From contig OZ316893.1 in the NCBI GenBank assembly GCA_973895155.1, positions 620,860 to 684,859 on the forward strand: a stretch of DNA of 64,000 nucleotides. The letters run 5' to 3'. The stretch comes from Marsupella aquatica. Its lineage: Eukaryota; Plantae; Marchantiophyta. Of the stretch, positions 53,611-64,000 are shown piece by piece (the stretch's first letter is position 1; the number at the start of each line of letters is the position of its first letter). Made by a program: the position numbers and the translations under genes. The notes beneath the pieces were generated by a model. That model had not been told where the DNA came from and made no database searches. It saw only the letters and a program-made list of their open reading frames with translations.

Positions 53611-54158
53611 GCACTTCATGTCATTATCGGTTTAGTGTATAGAATACGCAGGAGTACGCCACACCTGGTTCAGATTTAGAGATCATGGACTAATTTTGTA
53701 CGACTTTTTTGAGTAATAAATACTTGGCGACATGAGATCCTTCCTATCTTTCACTATCAATTCTCGGCAAGGGTCTTTGACATTTGGACCGTTTAGGGTT
53801 TACCCTAAACCCTAAACACGTACCCCCTATACTGGGCCGTAAATCCTAGACCCTTGCATACTTCCCTTGCGTACTTTCTTGTTTGGTCCGTTAACAAGAT
53901 GTACGTTGTCAAGTATAGTTGGGATGTCCCGTATCCATGACATAGTTTTGTGCGGTGCGGTACGTGCGGTACGTGCTCCCTTCTTCCTTACTCTTCCTCT
54001 TCCTCTTCACTCTTTGTTAGGGTTTTCAACGTCCTTCTCACTTATCCCTGCGCTTGGTTGAATTTCTACACTTTGACATTCATCGCACTGGGCAGAAATG
54101 ACATCGCTGTTCATTTCTTAGGGAGAGCCTCCCCACGAAGGCAGACGTTCTACGCCCG

Positions 54159-55100
54159 TTGCTCGACCGGCGCGCAGCCCCTACAAGGTCAAGATCAACC
54201 CGCAGACTTTGCAGGTGGAGACCGTCGAAACCAATATGTCAATATCGCTGTCGTTATAAAGAGGAGGGCACTTTCTCTATTCTTCATCCGCTTGTTTGGT
54301 TGGTTGGTTGTTGTGTTCAATCTGTTGGGTGTCATCTTCATCTCACGGGTGCTTCAAGCGGCTAAACTTGCTTCAAGCGGCTCTCCAACATGGAAGGATC
54401 ATACACGAAGAGGCGTTATCATGAAAAGTGCGCTACACGCCTTGATAAGTTTACGGCGACAATTATTGAGCTGAAATTGAAAGCTAATTTTGATCGGCTC
54501 TCAATATGGGGGACTGTTGGGGAGCCTATTCCGGAGGAAGCAGAAGAAGCAAAAAAGCAGAGTCTCATCCCTGGCCTCCCGGATATGCTGACAGGGGGAC
54601 ATGTTTGGCCTCTACTTAGAAATGCATTTGAGTCTGCAAATGCACATGGCACTGATGATGATGCTACCTTCAAGACGATCGACAATATGCGCATATTGTC
54701 CAGAGTTAGTAGGAAATGGAGATTCCTTGTGACTCACTCCAAGGGATGGGCAGCGTTAAAAGTGGTGAAGGACGTCATTGAAAACATGGATGACAACCGA
54801 CATTGGAATTGTCACTCAACCGCGTGTACGTTCCGTGTTCTCTTACGATAAATTCCGCCTATTGATGCCCTCTCTATGATGTCAGTTACATCACTCAAGT
54901 CTTGGGTGGCAAACTACGTCTGGAGGACGGAGATATATGAGAGGGATCTGTATGATAAGTTCTTCGATGGAGATGTGCTAGGAAGAGTCCAGGACTGGGT
55001 GGAGAACAGGTTAACCCCAATCTTATGGTGTGACAATGTAGAAAAATTGCCGAGCAACAATCCGGACAGTGGCTACGGGCTTTATTCTAGTGATATTTGA
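54159..55100 (+). pseudogene. F-box-like protein 2 (paralog of gene 1)
   Basis: LIPGLPDMLTGGHVWPLL...LSRVSRKWRFLV..SKGWAAL. ORFs starting at 54159, 54390 and 54876 share one frame, separated by single TAA stops. Confidence 0.6.
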
Positions 55101-55403
55101 CTGTGAAGGCACAGGAGGTCATCGCGGATAGCATTGTCGATAGGGTCCACTAGCCACTAGGTCATGTCATGACTTGAACTCATCACGTAGTAATGAGGTT
55201 AGGGGTAGCATCATGGACTAATTTTGTACGACATTTTTCAATAATAAAAAAGCTTACGTTATCGTACTATTGGTATGGTCTTTTTTCCCTCCCGGCGGCC
55301 TCGCCGACATCCAAACGGCACCGTTGGAATTCGGCAAGGGTCTCCAAGATGTAGTGTTCATGAACGCTACTCACCTTGGAGACATTCGCCATTTGTCGGA
55401 TCT

Positions 55404-56180
55404 GAGCGACCCTCGCCGAAATGGCACTGAAACCGGATGTCAGCGACCCTCGCCGGAATGGGACTGAAACCAGATGTCAGCGACCCTCGCCAAAATGGCA
55501 CTGAAACCAGATGTCAGCGACCCTCGCCGAAATGGCACTAAAACCGGATGTCAACGACCCTCGCCGAAATGGCACTGAAACCGGATGTCAGCGACCCTCG
55601 CCGAAATGGCACTGAAACCGGATGTCAGCGACCCTCGCCAAAATGGCACTGAAACCGGATGTCAGCGACCCTCGCCGGAATGGGACTGAAACCAGATGTC
55701 AGTGACCCTCACCGGAATGGCACTAAAACCGGATGTCAACGACCCTCACCGAAATGGCACTGAAACTGGATGTTAGCGACCCTCGCCGAAATGGCACTGA
55801 AACCGGATGTCAGCGACCCTCGCCGAAATGGCACTGAAACCGGATGTCAGCGACCCTCGCCGGAATGGGACTGAAACCAGATGTCAGTGACCCTCGCCGA
55901 AATGGCACTGAAACCGGATGTCAGCGACCCTCGCCGGAATGGCACTAAAACCGGATGTCAACGACCCTCGCCGAAATGGCACTGAAACCGGATGTCAGCG
56001 ACGCTCGCCGAAATGGCACTGAAACCAGATGTAGTGACCCTCGCCGGAATGGAACTTCGCAGGAATGAAACTTTGTCGGAATGGAACTTCCCAACCGGAT
56101 GTCTGCGATCCTCGCCGAAATTGCACTTACCAAGAAAAAGTAAGAAACCGGATCTCAGAGACCCTCGCCGAAATGGAACT
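55404..56180. repeat. ~17-18 near-identical copies of a 37-bp unit GTCAGCGACCCTCGCCGAAATGGCACTGAAACCGGAT plus degenerate copies
   Basis: The period is 37 bp (for example 55441 to 55478). Confidence 0.95.
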
Positions 56181-56591
56181 TAGGATCATAATTTTGATCG
56201 TTGCCGAGTGAGAGAACCACCAGATCTCGGAGACCCTCTCCGAGATCTACTTACACCCTAAACTCTTTGTCGTCAAACTAACAAAGAAGTCGCTGGCCTC
56301 TGATCTCAGAGATCCTTGCCGAAATGGGATTACGTAGTAACTGTGGAATCATACGCTCATACAGTGCCAAAAACTAATCCTGACAGTCAACCGTTGTAGG
56401 TCAAATCAACATTAACTCATTTGTTGGCCAAACCTGGAGTGTGTGTGAAAAGACATGTACCCGTTATTACGAGCGGACGTTGTTGTCCCTTCAACCGTCT
56501 AGGGATAGGATACCAATAATTGCTGGATTTTTAGTGGCAATGATGATGATTGTCTTGTACGTTGCAGGTCACCACAACACGGACTAGATAG

Positions 56592-57470
56592 ATGGAGGTG
56601 AAGGCAATGTGGCAGTGCGGTGCGCCCTACAATTTTTCACCTTCTTTCTCATCAGGGCAGAGCACCATGGCCAGAGTGGAGTCTGTGATCGGTGTCCAAG
56701 ACAGGCACACACCCACTGTCTCCGCCGTTTTGGACGTCGTCCCGCAGAAGAGGAAACGAGGTCGGCCGAGGAAGCATCCCATCATAATATCGATAGCGTT
56801 ACCTGATAATGAAGCTCCTCGGCTCTTGACAGAGAAGAGGAAACGAGGTCGGCCAAGGAAGCATCCCATCGTAATGTCGATCGCGTTACCTGATAATGAA
56901 GCTCCTCGGCTCTTGACAGAGAAGAGGAAACGAGGTCGGCCGAGGAAGCATCCCATCGTAATGTCAATCGCGTTACCTGATAATGAAGCTCCTCGGCTCT
57001 TGGCAGAGAAGAGGAAACGAGGTCGCCCCAGGAAGCATCCTATTGCAATGGCTACCACACTGCCAGACGGTGATGGTGAAGCTCCTCGTCTGTTGAGATC
57101 TACAGATAATCGCAAGGCTGTTGGTGATTCAAACAGAATGAACTAGACGTTGAAGATGCCCGTAGACGGTGCAGCTAAGTTTCGCGGTCGTGACAACACA
57201 ACCAGCCACAAGGACTCGCCTAGTGCCGAGTGTTCAAAATATGCTGATGTTGACTTCGTGTTTGCTAAAGAGTTGCTGAAGAGTTTGGATGCAGAGATCG
57301 CGGACAGCAAGTCAGACTTCCAGAAGCTTATGAGCCTTCATGTAGATGTGCAGGCTAGGCTATCTGAGATGTGTGACAACGTCCAGAATCTATGGGTAAA
57401 AATGAATGACCTCCTCTCAGCAAGAGCTGAATTGGGGGCGTTCACTGGAGTGAATGTACAAAAAACATGA
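56592..57470 (+). pseudogene. AT-hook repeat protein with C-terminal coiled coil
   Basis: Four KRKRGRPRKHP AT-hooks sit in 87-bp (29-aa) tandem repeats. ORF 57150-57470 continues in frame after the TAG at 57144-57146. Confidence 0.8.
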
Positions 57471-58250
57471 ATTTCGTGTACACATTTACTTGTAGGAAAT
57501 AGCGGAACGTTGTAGCCTCAAAGTTTTGATACATTTTGGTAGTTACTGAATCGTTCGTCGGTAATGATTTTATGGAGTGTCAAATTAAACTGGACGATGA
57601 TAGTAGAAATCCATCTAATCGGCTGTGTAATCCAGATCTTATGAAACATTTTGTGCAGATTAGGCAGTTTAGTTATACATTACTGAATCTATCGTGGTAA
57701 AGTCGGCGACCCTCGCCGAGAGCATTTTCCTCGGCTTGACAAGTAGGAGTAGCAGTCTCTTGACGATGTCTTCTCGGCGAGCATCGCCAAGGAATGACAA
57801 TGAATTCATGCTACCTTTTCTTATAAGCTCTCTTATTGGGCAAACATCTTGATCTTCTGGTGATCGCAACTGATCCCAAGGATTCTACACTGCATCACAA
57901 TTCTCGTTGATTACTTCTTTCAAGGCTGGCATCACCAGCAGCCTAGTAGTAGTATCTCGATGATGTCTTCTCGGCGAGCATCACCGACGAATTACAATAT
58001 ATGGGTTGTAAAATGTTTTTCTAGTAAACATCATGTCGACCTTATGTCGGCGACCTCTTTGACATTCTGGCTATGGTCGCCTAAAATTGTACGGACACCG
58101 CCTTTATGCTTATTGCTTTGCGTTTCAAGACCGTAAACCCTGAATCAGAGATGTTTGCGAGTTTGCCGAGATCCCCGGGCCAATCTGAGCACAGTCGCCG
58201 ACATGCAGGTAAGTGTTAAGCGCGACGAGCAATGACTGATACCTTTACTC

Positions 58251-59366
58251 TCACATTTGTGAAACAGTTCCAATTTGACTGTACTAGGAACCTCTGTCTC
58301 CAATATACCTACAGCAAAAGAAATTAGTGTAAGTATTTCGAAATGAATATAAAGGTTGTAAGTGTTGGACTTTTTAACATCCTGGGAATATCTACACAGA
58401 CAAAGAGCAGTTAAATTCAACTGGAGGGGAGTAATTGCAGTTTAAATCTCACCTAGATCATTCGGACCAATAACAGGAAGAATAGCCAGCAAAGCGTGAC
58501 CTTCTGGCAAACTTCTAAGACTGCAATTAATATTGCCAATTGTCATGACTAAAGGCCAACCCTGAGTTCTCTTGTTGTGAGACAAGGCAGTCTGATCAGA
58601 ATACAAAATGATGGGTGCAATCACTCCTCCTTTGCAAGTAGATTCAACGTCTTGCTCCATTTCCCTCCACCACTCAGCGGATTGTAAAGTAGTGTATAAT
58701 CTCTCACTGTTCTCTCACTGCCCTCTATAGCAACTGAAGAGTGAAGTGCAAACTCTTCTTTATTTTTAGGAGAAGAAAATAGATCTTCCAAAACACGTAA
58801 TGGATCACGATGCAACAAATGAACTGGAGCACTTTTAGTCTCCTCGCGGACTTCAACCTTTTCCCAATTTTGGTCACCCCTCTCACTTGTTAAACTTTCC
58901 TCATATTTACAAACCTCAGCAGCAGTATGAACCTGGACTTTTTTGGTATCGAATTGAGGGTGGTGCAGCAGCCGAAATAATCTGTTCATATCTTTGTGAG
59001 ATAATCCTCCTCCATTGTGGCATTGTCTCATAAAGAAGACAAGTTGAAAGGTAACATCAATTTTTTATTACAGTGGGCAGGAGATGTGAATTCATTCTCA
59101 AACAGGTCCATGAATTCCTCAGAGGATTGCTCTCCAACTGTCTCAACATTGGCCTGTATAGATTCCGGTATACATGTGTTCCCAACGTTTACACTCGTAC
59201 GAAACCCTTCATGCTCTGCCTCCATCACATGATCAGTCTGTTTAGCCCTTTGCACAGCTCTCTATTTTGCTAAGCAAAGTCCATTTTGTCCTTGGTGGGT
59301 CCGCAAAGCTGTATAATCCAGAAATCCCAAAGCTCCACAAAAATTACACTTAAAGTTTGAAGCCAT
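58251..59366 (-). pseudogene. Plavaka-type transposase, 5' part
   Basis: ATG at 59366 begins MASNFKCNFCG..LRTHQ (zinc-finger-like). Further motifs are HRDPLRVLEDLF and IAPIILYSDQTALS...GWPLVMTIGNI. An intron spans about 58452-58309, and exon GILETEVPSTVKLELFHKC is cut by the MULE TSD. Confidence 0.85.
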
Positions 59367-62300
59367 CAAAAATCCTGTTGTCCCTACACAGTATAAAATC
59401 AATAGTGTATTAAAACCACTACTAAGCACATCGTTACTTATTGTTGATTACATTCATTTGAAGCTCATAAAATATTCATGGCTCTCTTTCACCAAGACTT
59501 CCTTTTTCTAAATTTCTTCTGACCTTCCACTATTCAGTAACTACTTTTGTTGAACTGAGAAACTGCTGCTGTTGAACTGAATACAAAATTGGAAATGTTT
59601 CAATGAATTACTTACGGAGTCACCTTAAGTCACCTGATGATGCACCTGAGTCCGCGATGTGACTAATTATAGACCAATCCTTTGGTTGCACTAATAAATC
59701 ACATCACATACCCACCTTCTGATCTCCGCCTCTGCAGAAAAAGCAACGTCTATCTATCACTAATTGAACAGTGTCATACATTGCACGGAAGCAAATTGGC
59801 CATCGGTATCATGCACGAGTGTTGTTCTCGCTGTTGTGTTGATGTAGTAGCGTTACTTCTCGTTGTGCTCACTCTTTGGAAGCGCTCGTTGGATTAGTCA
59901 ATTTGTTCGCACCTACAGTAGGACGCATAGTTATGTGCGCATTGGTGCAATAGCGGTGTCTCTCGCTGAGTATGTAGTAGCGTTACCTGTCGTTGTGCTC
60001 ACTATTTGGGAGCCCTCGTTTCATTCGTCAATTCGTTCACAATTGCAGGTTGTTAAAGCTCCGCGCAATCTGAGCTCTATTAAACACTCTATCTCGTTCT
60101 CAAGTTGTTCGCAGCCAGGTCAAAGCATTTTTGCAAGCTCCCGAAAATAAATCTTAGCTACACGACTACATGCTCTCTCATTTTGTTCGCTACTACATCT
60201 AATTGAAGCATTCTATCAAGGCGAAGCACAAAAATCTTAGCTTTATGACCTCTGAGTCTGTGCAACGCAATTTTCAAGCATTAAGTGATTTCTGAATTTG
60301 AATTACTAAAATTTCTAGAATGATGGCTTTGTAGTGTAGTGGAACGTTTCTGCGACAATCGGAACTCCCGGCTATCATGGCAATTGAAAAAGGTAAGAAT
60401 CTCGCCCGGTTTCTTCCCTATCCCGTGTGATTTCTCCCTGCGGACGGACGGACAATGATTTTGCTAGGGAGAGCCCTGACTTCACTCGGGAATGAACATT
60501 CTGAAAGTGAGGATATTCACCTGCTACATTCCATGATTCGTAGCTGAACAGGATTGAACGATGGCTGAAATCTTCTCTAGCTCTTACAGCAATGAGCTGG
60601 CGTGTGAAGCTGACAATCCACCTGCACTAGAGGTTCGTTGTCATTCAAAGCGGCCTGGTTCAATCTCTATGCATTCAATTCGACGAGCACTCTGAGATAA
60701 ATACTATAGAGAGTCCATGCTCATCCTGAAAATGCCAACGATTTATGTTTTTGCAAATTGATTCGGTCGTATGGTCACCAAAAACGATCCGTCCACTCTA
60801 TGGTTGTTGGAAGTTAGACTTGCCGATGGTGTAAGTGGCCTTTATTTGACCTTTGTTCAAATGTTCCTTCTCGTCTTGAAGTCAAGATCTCCGACCATGA
60901 CTGTTGTCCGCAAGCCCCTATCAGAGGCATCTACAGACTTGGCACATGTAGGCTAAAATAAGCTTGTTATGAAATCTGGTTTCTCCTCTGATATGGTGAA
61001 TGTTAGCTCATGATAGATTCTCATCGTCTATCGCTATCAAACTACGCTAGCTACCGTGGTTGTAACCTATGAACTTTAAGTCGTCTTGTGTCCTCAAAGT
61101 ATATGTTGCTCATCGAGTTGAGACAGAGACTAGAAAGCACCCCTTCAATCAACGCCCGATGCCTTGACAATTGCATACACACCGACTGAGTATGCAACGC
61201 AAGGATTAACCGGTCCCCTCCCCTCCCCTCCAATTTCATTCACCGGGAATCATCAGCCGCAGCAGCTGGAGCAACAATACTGGCAAGAAGGGACCCTATC
61301 GCTTACGCAACCTTCCCACAAGAGAATTAAAGAAAGCAAATTAGCCAACCATTCAGATTCAAGGGAGGCACAACGACACGATAAGCCTGTCATCTCAGTC
61401 AGACAAGTCAAGCAAAGAAGAACCTCATTGGCCGAGACGTACCTCACAAACCAAATTACAGGACCCGTGAATCCGCAAGGCCGTCCCCATGCACCCACCC
61501 TAAATTTCTCCCTGCCGTATAATTATACAATTATATCCTCCCTTCTATCCTCCATCCTCAAAATTCAACCCCGCAGCAGCTTACAGTAGCATCAAGTTAC
61601 CTGCAATGAAGACCTAAATATCTAACAATCAATTAGATGTCTCCCGGAAAATCAAAGCAGAGCAATCAATCAAAATCCTCCAAGAAAATTGAAAGAGAGC
61701 GCTCAAATCCAAAACTATGATATGCCCCCCTTGGAAAGTGTTGAGGAACATTCTCTATCGCTCACCATTCATACGACCGACAACCTGGCGATAACAATAC
61801 GTGTCACAAATATATTATTTTCTAAGCTACATTACAGCCTGTGTTCTCCAAGTTCTCCAAGTGGCCGAAGTGGTGGTCGAAGTAGTCAAAGTAGTTGAAC
61901 TCCTTGTCCTCCTCTGCCCCGCCCTTCCTCCTTCCCTTCCTCATCGTCGTCTTTGTACTAGTACTGAGGTTGTTGCTGCTGCACAAGTTCTAAACCCATC
62001 GGCTCATCCATTTTGACACTGCTCCTCCTTGTGCTGCATTTTTCCTTCCTCATCCTTGCAGCTTCTCCTCCTCCTCCTCCAGCCAACTTCCTCTCCACGT
62101 TGCCGTCGTCGTGTGGCCCTCAACTCCAATTCCCCTAAACTCCTTGCTTCGCCCCTTCCTCCTCCTCCCCCTCCCCCTCCTCCTCCTACGACAAAGAGTG
62201 CAGCCCCGTCGGCCGCCCCCAACGGGCGTCTTGTGTGGTACGTCCCATGGCTCCCTGAACCCAAGAAACCCCCCAGCTCAAGCCGATTCCCGCAGGTTTC

Positions 62301-63141
62301 GCACTTGGCGAGGCCGTTTCAGCGGCTTAGCGGCATGGGACGCTGCTAACCTCCTTCTACTACTACTATTAACATTTTACACACATATACTGGACAGATC
62401 CTTCATCGGGTCATGAGATACGTAGCCGGCCTAATCTAGGCCTTCCCTTGTCTTCCCCTTCGTCTTGTTAGGTATGTTTGGATTCCGCCGCCGGAATGAT
62501 CCCCAATAGGCTTGGTTAAGCCGCTAAGATCTCTCTCAGCTTGACACATCCAACTCTCACTCCCCTGCTTACTTTCCTTCTTCTATTAGTTGATGTGGGC
62601 ACTCTTCACACAAGTTAATGCGACACACAAATAGCAAAATGACTCCTTCTGACTGAGTCATACCATGCACTTGCCATACAAACAGTACATCTCATACACA
62701 AGCCCTGCGAACTAAGCCGTGAGGCCAACTCTATTCAGCTCTTAGGCATGAGGAAACATGAATATACACAAGGGTCACTGTATGACTAACCGAGAGCTTC
62801 TCTTACTACTTGATCCCAGCCCGGCTGGTGCAAACTAAAAACTTGCTAAAGAAGAGGCCCTGAGCTCCCCGCTGCCCAGGTATTTATCCTGGCAGTGGAT
62901 CTGTCCAGAACTTGCTGCGTAAGCTTAATCTATCCTACCTGTAATCTACCTAACTATACAGCGAGGCAGGAGCACAAGTGTTGCTCCTGCCAGTGGAACC
63001 GCAATCCCACTAAGCTAAGTGTCAGGGCCGCCTCCTGGTCCTGATCCTAATCCTAAACTTGGAGATCAGCGCCCGCCCTGCCCACTCACGCCTCCTACCT
63101 CCACGTCCGCCCTTCCTAAAAGGAACGGCGCCCTTGCACCG

Positions 63142-64000
63142 TCACGACACCGGTGGTGGATCTTCAATGGACGCCCCCAACGCTTCCTCCTCAGCCATTG
63201 TCGTAGGTTCATTCTCTGACAGATTACCTGCCCTTGACTGAGTCAACTCTCCATCGGCCTGACTGGGTCTACCATCGGCATCGGCGTCGGCTCGGGAATC
63301 ATTCTCGGCTACGGCCTCAGCCTCGGCTATGGTCTCCCCGGCCTGCTCAAGAGGCGGATCTGGGATACCGGCCTCATTATTGAGTAGTTCGGCTTGGGCC
63401 GCGCCATCCCCACCCTTGGTGATAGCGGGATCTATTGTCGTGTTCATGCCAGAGGTTGGTGCTGGGTCTACCTCCTTGGTCACCACGGCCAGTGGAGTCG
63501 TATTACTCCTTGACCCTGAAGGTTTCCGCTTCTTCTTCTTTTCTGGTTCGGCAGCTGGTCCCTTCCCCTTCCCACTTACTTCCGTCACTGGTGCAGGTGG
63601 TGCGGCTTGTTCTTCGGCCAGTACCACACCTGGTAACTTGGTTGCCCCAATTGGAGTTGGGCCTGATGAAGACAAGCACTTAAATACTGCAGCTTGTTTC
63701 TTCAGCCGCTTTGTTTGGTTGTCGGCCCGCCGCTGTAGGTTCTCCATCTTCCTCGTGATTTCCTCCAACTCCTCCTGGGTCTCATCCAGGTCCTTGCGCG
63801 CCTCTTCTAGCTCGTTTTTAGCTTCCTCCAATTTCCTATGGACTTCCTCCAATTCCTTCTTGGTGGTAGCCCTCTCCTCCGGGGTTGCTCTTAGCTCCTT
63901 GTCGAGCTCTGCAATGATGACAGACTCCATCTGGTTCATCTTGGCGTAAGTCTGATCGAGCATCTCGTCCTTCTCCCTTAGGTCGGCCTTGAAGCTGGCC
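63142..64000 (-). CDS. Coiled-coil, low-complexity ORF running off the window edge, probably retroelement-derived
   Basis: Open for at least 273 aa with heptad repeats (ELEEVHRKLEEAKNELEEARK) and GKGKG/KKKKRK. No diagnostic domain is visible. Confidence 0.4.
   Translation of the reverse strand, partial: ASFKADLREKDEMLDQTYAKMNQMESVIIAELDKELRATPEERATTKKELEEVHRKLEEAKNELEEARKDLDETQEELEEITRKMENLQRRADNQTKRLKKQAAVFKCLSSSGPTPIGATKLPGVVLAEEQAAPPAPVTEVSGKGKGPAAEPEKKKKRKPSGSRSNTTPLAVVTKEVDPAPTSGMNTTIDPAITKGGDGAAQAELLNNEAGIPDPPLEQAGETIAEAEAVAENDSRADADADGRPSQADGELTQSRAGNLSENEPTTMAEEEALGASIEDPPPVS

Larger units (their letters stand above)
39124..58250. mobile_element. 19.1-kb non-TIR Mutator-like (MULE) transposon with multiple cargo genes
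   Basis: Flanked by a perfect direct repeat TCACATTTG (39115-39123 and 58251-58259), with G...C termini. Removing it rejoins the Plavaka reading frame (LFHKC|EEIVLAP). It encodes a MULE DDE + SWIM transposase. Confidence 0.92.

Noticed and set aside
39124-58250. Zisupton/KDZ identity for the large element (SWIM + Ulp1 + F-box)
   Set aside because: The catalytic core has MULE-type D..D..(C/D)xFH..E motifs and the TSD is 9-10 bp. No KDZ CxC or SAP signature was seen.
61890-62416. Pro/Gly-rich ORFs on both strands
   Set aside because: They arise from CCT/CTC microsatellite-like sequence and look like a 5'UTR or low-complexity region. No product can be supported.

Overview
This is eukaryotic, transposon-rich land-plant DNA. 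The style of its PLS-DYW PPR repeats suggests a moss or other bryophyte (inference). The only clear host gene is an uninterrupted-ORF DYW-type PPR RNA-editing factor (23.1-26.9 kb). Around it lie CACTA ends, a decayed L1-like LINE, a decayed Ty3/gypsy element with a PHD-tailed integrase (interrupted by a 474-bp hAT-like MITE), and several tandem arrays. The main discovery is a 19.1-kb Mutator-like element (39124-58250). It has a perfect 9-bp target duplication TCACATTTG but no long TIRs, and it sits inside a spliced Plavaka-type transposase gene. Its cargo is a GCM-like/MULE-DDE/SWIM transposase, a spliced ParB-like + beta-class DNA amino-methyltransferase-like fusion gene, a Ulp1 protease, two F-box-like genes and an AT-hook repeat gene. 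Its noncoding DNA and introns are filled with different tandem arrays that share one palindromic motif (ATCTCGGMGA-NN-CTCKCCGAGAT). The same palindrome and the same terminal motif recur in a related remnant at about 1.8-7.3 kb. All domain calls come from reading motifs by eye; no database search was run.
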